This document shows, one piece after another, positions 14,105 to 23,698 of a DNA stretch of 64,000 nt. The DNA is taken from positions 15,686,001-15,750,000 of the forward strand of contig JBHGNT010000006.1 of assembly GCA_043228905.1 (NCBI GenBank), written 5' to 3'. The notes beneath the pieces were generated by a model that was given only the letters and a program-made list of their open reading frames with translations, searched no databases and was not told the origin of the DNA. Position 1 is the stretch's first letter. Each line of letters starts with the position of its first letter. Position numbers and translations under genes: made by a program. This stretch comes from Azolla caroliniana (lineage: Eukaryota; Plantae; Polypodiophyta).

Positions 14105-14745
14105 ATGGCCTTGTCCACGAATGTTGCAGCTGCTCCATTGCGCATTCGCCCACCTCCATTGTCTGATGGAAAGCTAGATGGAACCAACTACACTCTATGG
14201 AAGTTCAAAATGTCTGCCATTTTGGATTCCTACGAGTTGTTGGAAACAATCATGGGACCCACAGGGGGAGACCCTGAGCCCATGGAAACCTTTGACCCTG
14301 CACACCCTACCACATCAATTCCTCCAAATGCTGATCTACTTCGAGCCTGGAAGAGAAGGAATGTTGATGCGCTATGTACCATAGTCACTGGTGTATGTGA
14401 CTCCGTACTAACACTAGTGCAACATACAACTAGGGCACATGAAGCTTGGAGCATATTGGCCAGCCAGTATGAGACCAGAAACTATACAAGGATACAAAAC
14501 CTCGAAAATCAGCTTGCTGCAGAGAAGCTCGCTGATGGAGAGAAAGTAGAATCCTTTGTAAAAAGGATTAAGGATCTTCAAGATCAGCTGGCGGCTGTTG
14601 GAGTAGTCGTCTCTCAAGAGGATATGGCTCGTCGGTGCATTCGAGTACTTCCTTTCAAGTATGATGGCATTGTGATAGCATTGAACACTCAGGTTCGACC
14701 CACTCCTTTAAAATTTGATGAACTAAGTGCAATGCTGCTTGAAGA
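14105..14745 (+). pseudogene. gag: Truncated duplicate of the Copia gag
   Basis: Matches 9248-9888 except gca>gaa at ~14286; breaks off at ...cttgaaga|cttcaa. Confidence 0.9.
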
Positions 14746-14835
14746 CTTCAAAACACATGCTTTTATATTACTTGAATTGTTACAAGCGGAAGGTAGTTAC
14801 ACTTAATAGCCGAAAATACATTCATGATCACTCCT

Positions 14836-17549
14836 TTACGGAGAATCACTGCTATAACTAATATACAATGAGGATTCCTCCTCGTCATCCTTGGATGTAC
14901 CAATCAATGCATTATCTGCATCATAAACCAAATGGTGTGACTCTAGATTATGTGCAACAGACCTTGTTTGCCTTCGACTCGAGCCACCTTGTAGACCTAA
15001 TAATTTTTCTTTTATTATATCTATTTTTGACTTCCTTAAACATCCAGGTTTTGTAAGCATGAAGTCGTACACGATGATATCCATATCAAAGATATCAAGG
15101 GTCGAGGTGTTACGAATGCTTCACTTCCTCTTCCTACTTCCCCTTGTCGTCGGGCATTCAATCATCTCCAATGTACACTTACCCATAAAAGCATTTTCAC
15201 TTCTAGTGTTGTACCAATGCACTTTTATAGACTTGATCGTGTTTTCTATTTCATGTATTAGCACTTCTACAATTTTACCAATCCAAAATTGGTGGCCTTG
15301 TGAGTTGTCATTAGCAGGTGTTGCAATCAACATCCCCACCACGAGCTCTTGCAAATTGCCTTGCCATCTAGCTTCACCTGCTTTGGTCATCCTTGGTCCC
15401 ACATAAATGTCTCTTTGTTGTGGATGGACCAAATTGTCATTAATCACATTAGTTGGTTGCTCTAGAGTTTTATTTACACGATCATGTTGTAGTGATCATT
15501 GGAATGGCATTTCCAAAGTTCAATTATCACCAGATAAACAATTGTCAATAATTCCTTTTTTTATCACTAAAACAAACATCCCACCATGACATGTCTTGTT
15601 GTGCAACATCTTTCTTTGCGGCCTCAATATGCTTCCTTTTGTCTATTAAGGCTTGGAGCCATAAGTGTTTTTCTTCTTTTACCAAGTCACTATGAAATTG
15701 TCCTTTCTTCTCAATTGGCATTTCTTTAGCTCCATAGACTATTGTACTCGAGATACAAAGTAAGAACTGGCAACCGCCTTCAGGTTCCCATTTTGTAGAA
15801 GATGAATATTGCTTGGCATACAAAAGCGTAGAACCACTTATTTCATTTTTCTTTATCATAAAATGTGATTGAAGCTTATATTGTTTAACTGGGTGAGCAG
15901 TTTAACATTCCCAACACCCCCGTATGATATATATCTCTTAAAGTCATATATCTCCTTCAAATATAACACTTTTGGGTGTGGTGTGTAGGCATCACACATC
16001 AAATAGTTTAGGTAATGGGAAAGCATCATGCCGAGACAACTGTCTCGAGAATGTGCTAAACATTTTATCTATATGATCATGTGTATGGCCAACCAAAAGA
16101 AAATTGACTTTCACTTTTCTAAACAATCCTTGGTTGACCAACATACTTAGATAGCCAAAGACAGTTGAATTTTTGTTCTCTCTAGTAGTATTGTCCAATT
16201 CAATGTACAGAGCAGGGGGGGAATGGCTAGCCCCAAGACATCAAAACTTGGTGAATCACTGTAACTGTTAGGTTAGGATCATTGTGAACATTGGGGTATG
16301 TAATGAAGACGTGAGGTCCAACTGACCTATTATAAGCCAAGCATTCCACCAAATGCATTTGAACAAGGCACTCCTCATTGATGTCTTTGGGGAGCCTCCG
16401 CATATACGGTAAGCATGTCTTCTTTTGGTCCATGCCATCGATCATTAAGCACATGTATTGTTTGGGCCTCTTCAAACACTTCTCACTATGATCCATCACC
16501 TTCTTTCATTCTAACGATTGTGCCTCATGATGCTCCTGTAGTAACTTCTTACTCATATCCTTTTCCATTGTTGTCTTCACACCTTTAGCCAAACTTTTAA
16601 GGTTCGCACAAATCAAGCAATACCCCATGCGTACTTTACGTGGAATAATAACATTGGAAAACAATGTTCTCCACAATCTTGTGAATTGGTTGTATGTGAC
16701 ATATTTATCACTTGATAATAGCATTTCTGATCGATAGACAACATAAAATTCTCGATGTGAGTAATTATTAGAGACGTGTGTCCCGCTTGTAGTGGGCATT
16801 ACTTCACAATTTAACTGAAAGTAAATATTCATCCAACCAATAGTATGTCTTCCAATTGCACCTTTTATACTTGGAACCTCTTTACAATTGATAGTCTGAT
16901 CCCCGCTAAGAAGACGTTATTGTACTCTATGTAACCACAGGTTACTAGCACATAACGCAATTTTGAATGCAACTCTACATATTTGTTGTGGAGGGATGAT
17001 ATAATACTCGAATGATACTTTGATCCCCATACATTTGTCAGACACTAGTTGCATATGTGACCCGAGGTAAGTGAGACTTGCTCATCACCAGTCATCGAAA
17101 AATAGTAATGCCTCAATTCTCACAACTTTGCTTTTCCAATCATTGACATACAGCCCTGAGCACAACATGTTTTGTTGACATCAAATCCAAGTTGCTTATC
17201 TGATGTCACCAAGTTAAATCTGGCCAAACGAATTCTATGTGGGATTCTTCTAATATGCATAGGGCTTCCCGATTTCTTTTCTTGAATAGAAATAGGGGTA
17301 ACCACATTAGAGTCAATTACGTTGTTGTTAGGTTGACCACCCATGATCTTCGATGTTTCATTAGCATTACCTTCATTGCCTGTATCTTTATTGACATCAT
17401 ATTCTTCGATAGAGAACTCTTCACATGAGTCATTATTCACATGAGGTATAGGAAAAGATGAGCTCAAATACTATTCTTCAACAGAAAATGATGTATCTGT
17501 CGGCAAACAAACAATACTCTTCAACTGAAAACGGTGAATTTTCACTCAT
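14836..17549 (-). pseudogene. Degenerate DDD/DDE DNA transposase, Sola-like/DUF7869-type, with Cys-rich N-terminus and possible BAH/Tudor-like C-terminus
   Basis: Successive minus-strand fragments give CCAQGC, CLIC, IDGMDQKKT (16425-16442), LDNTTRENKN (16169-16198) and FLLVGHTHDHIDKMFS (~16058-16102). Stops and frameshifts are present. Superfamily assignment is from motif memory. Confidence 0.7.
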
Positions 17550-18348
17550 GGCTTAAGGTCCAAATAGAGCTCTCAAAATTATGTGTTTAAGCTAATATAA
17601 GATATTGAAACAAATGATAAGTGCCTCTATATACATAAGCTCCCTCAATCTAATGTCTATATTATTTATTATTATATAAAATAAACAAATAATATAATAA
17701 AGAAAGATATTATTATTATATAAAATATATTGTATTAATTATATTAATAAATCTATACACTTGTCATTATAATGGACATAAAATTTACTTTATACCTTAT
17801 TAATCATATAGTCTATATTTAAAATTTAATTTACTGTATACAAATAATTCAATAATGAAGATCACAATCATTTAAAAGTGTCATTCTCCACGTGTAAATT
17901 AACTTGTTATTCCCATAATGTGTATTAAATAATAAAAAATTAGTCTTCAAATACATATAATATATATTCACAATCATTGGAGAGTCATAAATATGTTTGT
18001 TTCCAGTCTTCACTCATTGGTTCATTTGTGAAGATCATAATCATTTGGAAGTGCTAATCCCCATATGGGAGATATATTAATTTATTCCTTTATTTATTTC
18101 ACTTTAATCGGAAGTTCATAATCATTTAGTGCTAATCCCCTATGTCATGACTTTGTACTAACCAAAATGTACTAGCGACTAGCTAACGTAGGGGAACTAA
18201 CTTGCATGTAACCCAACTTTGGTAAACTAACTATAATCATGTCTTCAAAGAAGATTGAGCGCACAGACTCCAGTATGCAACTAACTGTACGAACACTTCA
18301 TGTTTTGTATCTTTTCCAGCCATGTGCAAAGATAGATAGGTCCTGATT

Positions 18349-18940
18349 GAAACAGGAACTCGTCAAGTTCGTGTTTAAAAACCTTTATTTTAAACAGGAA
18401 CTCGATACGGCGTACCGAGTTCCTATTTTAAGGCCTCTCCTTACACACAAGCTCGATACGGCATATCGAGTTTGTGTTTCCAATAGAGCTTTAAACACAA
18501 ACTCGATACGACGTACCGAGTTCCTGTTTAAAGGCCTCTCCTTACACACAAGATCGATACAGCGTATCGAGTTTGTGTTTCTAGTAGAGCTTTAAATACA
18601 AACTCAATACGTTGAGGCCTCTCCTTACACATGAGCTCGATACAGTGTATTGAGTTTGTGCTTCCAGTAGAGCTTTAAACACAAACTCGATACGCCGTAT
18701 CGAGTTTGTATATCTAATCAAGCTTTAAACACAAACTTGATACGGCGTATTGAGCTTGCGTGTAAGGAGAGGCCTTTAAATAGGAACTCAGTACGCCATA
18801 TCCAGTTCCTGTTTAAAATAAAGGTTTTTAAATAGGAACTCGATACGATGTATCGCGTTTATGTTCGATACGTCGTATCAAGTTCGTGTTCAAAGTAGAC
18901 CTTTTAAACACAAACTCGATATGTCGTATCGAGTTTGTGT
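18349..18940. repeat. Array of ~12 palindromic units (core CTCGATAC-N3-GTATCGAG, period ~50-51 bp); the array itself is inverted-repeat symmetric
   Basis: Cores at ~18401, 18452, 18502, 18553, 18603 (partial), 18636, 18686, 18736, 18787, 18839, 18864 and 18915. ~18371-18480 is the reverse complement of ~18727-18835. Confidence 0.9.
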
Positions 18941-19300
18941 GTATATAAGATAAATTATTGTAATATCCTCATCCAAACACGATTTTAGATGGAAATTAAG
19001 GAATATGACCTGAAGTCTTATAAAATACATGAAAATATCACATGATCTCGACTTATAATATCAAACAAACCATATCTTTGATCCTTTATGAAACATTAAG
19101 CTCACTATACCTAGAAAAATTCTCAAGAACCTAATTTTATCGAAGAATAGTGTAAGACATATTTAATTATACAATGGAGGTCCATTAGTTTCACCTCTAG
19201 CTAGCTAGTATTAGTAATTGTCTAGCTACGGTAAATTTGATTGTAGCCTAAACCTCAGAACCCAACTGACATGTATTTTCTCACTTCCTCTATTAAATAG

Positions 19301-22300
19301 GTCCTTTGAGAACATCTTCGATTGTTCTATAAAGAAAATTAAGCTAAGATATCAAGGTTCACCGGTGGAGAACTAGAAACAACCAGTTGCACTGAACGTG
19401 AAAAAGGGAAAGAAACTTCCTTTCCACGAGGATAATAGAGATCAACCATCTAATGAATTCAGTCAGAAGAAGATGGTGGCAGCAACTGGTGGTGAGGACC
19501 TTCCTGAACGTGATTTAACGGACAACGAGTGGTGCATGCAGTATGTGGACTCGAAGAAGAAGGTTGTGTTGTATACCGCAAAAAAGGAGGATGGTTAGCT
19601 TGCTAAAGACAAACCCTTTATGTATGGTTGTGTCTTACAGCTGGACTATGAAGATTTTGATTCCCTCAATCTTATTGTAATGGTGGACTACCCTAAGGGA
19701 ATCTATAAAATGTTCCTCTAGGAAGATTGGCTTGTCAAGGATTCTTGTGGTCCTGAATCTTTTAAACTCTCTATTGAGACCATATATAAGAGGCCACATA
19801 ACTCTAAGGTATGCCTCGCCATCCCTAGTAAAGGCCCCAAACAAGGCCTCTAAGGTGCAATCGAGACCTAGAAAGAAAAAGATGACAAAGATGTCAGACT
19901 CTGAATCATCAAGGTCAACTGAAGATGACGAAACTCGGGCAACGCCAAGGGATGGGCTAGCATCTTGTGTCATGTAGTCTAAGCAAAATAAGATTCGTAG
20001 AGAGTTAATGCAAAGGAAACTAGTGAGAAAAAGGCAAGTCTTCAATTTGTCTATTACACACATCCATAGGCCACCAATAGATGTGAAAACAGGACGAAGA
20101 CCACTTGAGATTAGAGAGCCACATCAAATGCATGTTCAAAATCTCAAGAAGAAAATGAAAATAAATCCACATGCGACAATTGTACCCTTTATTGTAATGG
20201 TGACTCCTGAAGAATGTTCCACAATTGAGGATTTTGACGTGAGAAAGCATGATCAATACAATTACTTTGTAATTGGTGGATCACATTCGGCTGAAGTATG
20301 ACAACAACTTGTAAGAGAGCACCCAACCACTTTCTTCTTCAAGTATGCCGAGTGCAAAATATATGTGGGCCTTACAACTGAAGAGGCAAAGCTCTTGGCA
20401 TGGGACCACAACAATGACAATGACTACTGGCAAAAAATGTCATCCATCAAACGGATAAGGTTCTTCCACCATGAGTACTTCGACGTCAAACAAAAGTTCG
20501 ATGTAAAGGTACACCCCGGACTACGCGTCAATGTCTTCATGAGGTTGGCATTGTGGTTGATGATAATGTTAAGTCGGATGGTCTTCGCAAGTATGAGTCA
20601 TGGTTTCAACTAGCATTTAGAGATGGAGAAGTTTGGAACCTACAAGATCAAATTATTTCAATGTGGGAGAAATAGAAGGTCAAGGGTCAACAACAAAAGA
20701 AATGTAAGGTAGACCCCCAGCTTGAATTAAAATCACAATCGGCGAAGAAAATCGACCTGACAATTGAAGAAGTGGCCGATGACATGAAATTGTCTCTCTG
20801 GAGAGCCATGCAAGGCATTAAGGAAGAGCAGCTTTTGGTGTTTGTGTTATCAAGGGTTGTGGCCAAAGAATTGAGCCTTGAAGAGATGGTCAATGAGTTC
20901 AACAAGTAAGTCTTCTCAAATAGTTAAATGAAACAAATATGGGTTCATATAAAGTTCTAATCTCTATCTGTGATTTCACAGTCATAAGGTGTATATGAAG
21001 ATCTAAGAAGTTATGATGAAACAACTTGGATGTATAAATTGGGAACAAGTGACTGAGGATTACCCTTTGACGTCTTCATATAAGGCATTATTTGAGTATT
21101 CTATTGCATTCAAGGACTGGGTTAGTATTCTTCTTTATAATAAAGTTTTCTTAATATGTAGATGTTGTGAATTAATACTCGATGCCTTATTGTCTCTATT
21201 AGAAACCATGTCGTAGCAAGAAACTAGGAGAAGTCAAGGATATACACGACTTCCCAACATCCTTCCTTGCATATCTCGAGAGAGCCAAAAAAGAAAAAGA
21301 ACGTTGCTTAATCAAGGCATACGAAATGGAAGAAGATGGCTCTTTCAAAAAATTTAGCCACAAGAAAGACATTACGAAAGATCTCTACTATAATATGATT
21401 TATGGCGATGTCGTTAAGATGATCTAGAAAGTGCCAAAGAAAGAATATACACTATTCATTGCAGATATTCCTTATGGATTTTGAATGGCTGGATCATCAT
21501 GCGATGATGAACCTTTTAGGTTCAAACAATTTGAAAAAATGGTTAAGGATTTTGCTAAGCTGATGACTGCATCCTTGTGGAGGATAATCGTGTTTCACAG
21601 TACGGACCAAGGGTACTCTGTAGCTCAAGAGTTGAGAACTTGTTGTCACGGCATCAAGAACCTTGCTTGGTAAGGATTATTTATAAGTCTCATTCACCAT
21701 ACCTTCGTTCCTAATTTATTGATTCTATTCTTAACTCTCCCACTATTTGTTATAGGATAAAAACCAACGTCAATAGAGGACCAACCATTCGGTTCGTAAA
21801 TGCCATTCAGTACATTACGGTTGGCTACTTCGATGAAATAAAGAAACAAAGAATCAAGGAGCATTGTAATGAAGTCAAGAGGTTCAAACCTACTGGTATA
21901 TCCAGCAGTAACACGGAAATTGTGACATGTCACCACAACAGAACGGGGTCAACCCATACCAAAAACCTCAACGACTTATGATGCGTTTGATCAAAATGTT
22001 CTCGATAGACGGAGATTGGATATTAGACCTATTTTCTGGCACAGGTATTCCTCGAACTAGCTTTATGTTATTGAGATAATCAATATTGATTCTTATGGTT
22101 TGATAACTAAGTTTTCTTGCCCCTTTCTTTATAGGGACAACGTTTGCATGTGCATTGAAGCTCTTCAGAAAAATTGTAGCATTGGAGAAGGATGAGGAGC
22201 AGGTTATATTTATAAATATAAGGATTAAGGCCTTGTGGGAATGCCCAGACTAGGACGAGGAGATCGGTGCAAAGCACATCGCTGATACAGAAAGGTTTCA

Positions 22301-22487
22301 ACCGCCTTGACGAGAGCCTATTCCTCCGTTTGTTGGGGAACCGGGGGAGCTAATTGAGCTTGATGACGACCTTTTAGAAGATCTTACGGTTGCTCAACTA
22401 ATAGGGAAAGACAATGCACAGGTAGTTGAAGAGACTTCTCTAATGGATGAAGAGGATAATGACGTTGATGTTTTGATTGCTATGTAA
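19301..22487 (+). pseudogene. Intron-containing ParB/Srx-like domain plus beta-class N6-adenine/N4-cytosine DNA methyltransferase fusion gene (degenerate copy; 5' end uncertain)
   Basis: Manual splicing uses GT-AG introns 20906-20981, 21121-21202, 21670-21755 and 22045-22134. It gives YFVIGGSHSAE (VIGGSHS 20269-20289); NMIYGDVVKMI*KVPKKEYTLFIADIPYG (DIPY 21464-21475); W|IKTN...RFVNAIQYITVGY; and NPYQKPQRLMMRLIKMFSIDGDWILDLFSGT|GTTFACALKLFRKIVALEKDEEQV. Confidence 0.85.
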
Positions 22488-23446
22488 TAGAATGTTTTGT
22501 TGATGAAGTGTAAACTTATGAATTTCAAGCTCTAATACAAAGATTGGATGCTTCCATTGGTGTACTCCATTGTTTATATTCTTCTATATGTTTCAATTAT
22601 ATTCCTATATACTATGTTTGTGGACTTATGAAATCGATTTCATTGCATCAATTGTTGACTCTAATATGGAGAAACATGAATTAGTTAACCTTAAGGCTGA
22701 TTTTGGCCAAACTTTACCTAAACATATTATCCATGTTGAATGGTCATCAAGACTATCCATGTCGTTATTTGAGATCGGTTGTCGAGACTGTCAAACTGTG
22801 TCTAATATATAATAGTCCATATGTTATGGATCTTTGTCTTCTATTGCTACTTAGAATGTGTAGTATGTTCTTAATTATCAAACTATTATGTTTGTTTGTC
22901 TTCCATTACTGCATACATTGTGTAGTGTGTTGATAATGGTGGATGCCACACTGTTCCATTAGTTGCACGACCTTGGAGTACACCTCTCATCAATATCCAC
23001 ATGTCTCATACACTTGTAGTCCTACTGGTGTTATCCTTCGGAGTTCAATCCCATGCGAATCACCTAAGGATTAGATTAGATAAATTTTAAACACACGTAT
23101 TGAAAGCCTTAATAAGTTTGTTATTTCAATCATCTGATCAGAAAGAGAGAAAAACACAAAGAATGATTTGAGCAGAGTGGTTGTGATGTCAATAAATACA
23201 CAATAGAGGGGATCCCATCAATCATCCTCCGACATCTGTCCTATTGCGGATCTGACAATCGACTTCGCTCCTTCCTATGATGTTGAACAGAGAGTGCAGG
23301 CAGAGATAGATCATCTGGAATAGCTCTCGATTGTGGTTCAAGTGGTGGGTGGCCGCCCAAATAGAAGCGATATCCACCATCTTCTTGAAGCACGGCTCCA
23401 TGCTAATTTAGAAAGAATCATCGATATTCAGCTACTAGGAAGAAAT

Positions 23447-23659
23447 TGTTACCCATATAGGTATACGGGAGGGTTAAGTGTAATGTGAAAGGTGTAATGT
23501 GGAATATGAAATGTGAATGTGTGAGTGTGTGAGTGTTAGGTGAGGTAAGTAGGTGTACCTACATCCATTCAGCTTTTTGTAAAGATCTTATATAAATCCT
23601 CACTCATGGGGCATGAAAATATGGAATATTGAAGTTACCCACAAACTATGTCTGTCTTG

Positions 23660-23698
<39 letters not shown>

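Larger units (their letters stand above)
8498..14745 (+). mobile_element. Ty1/Copia retrotransposon in tandem: LTR(8498-9130)-internal-LTR(13337-13969)-second truncated internal (13970-14745)
   Basis: Two 633-bp LTRs that look identical by eye, each followed by the PBS TGGTATCAGAGC (9131, 13970), a (GA)n tract and gag. PPT gagggggcg precedes 13337. Confidence 0.95.

Noticed and set aside
18349-18940. CRISPR array
   Set aside because: The spacers are short (~13-15 bp) and recur rather than being unique, the units flip orientation, there are no cas genes, and the context is eukaryotic.
19301-22487. Bacterial or phage contamination as the source of the MTase
   Set aside because: The gene has spliceosomal GT-AG introns (one splits motif I), shows plant-type CG/CHG deamination stops, and is contiguous with plant retroelements.
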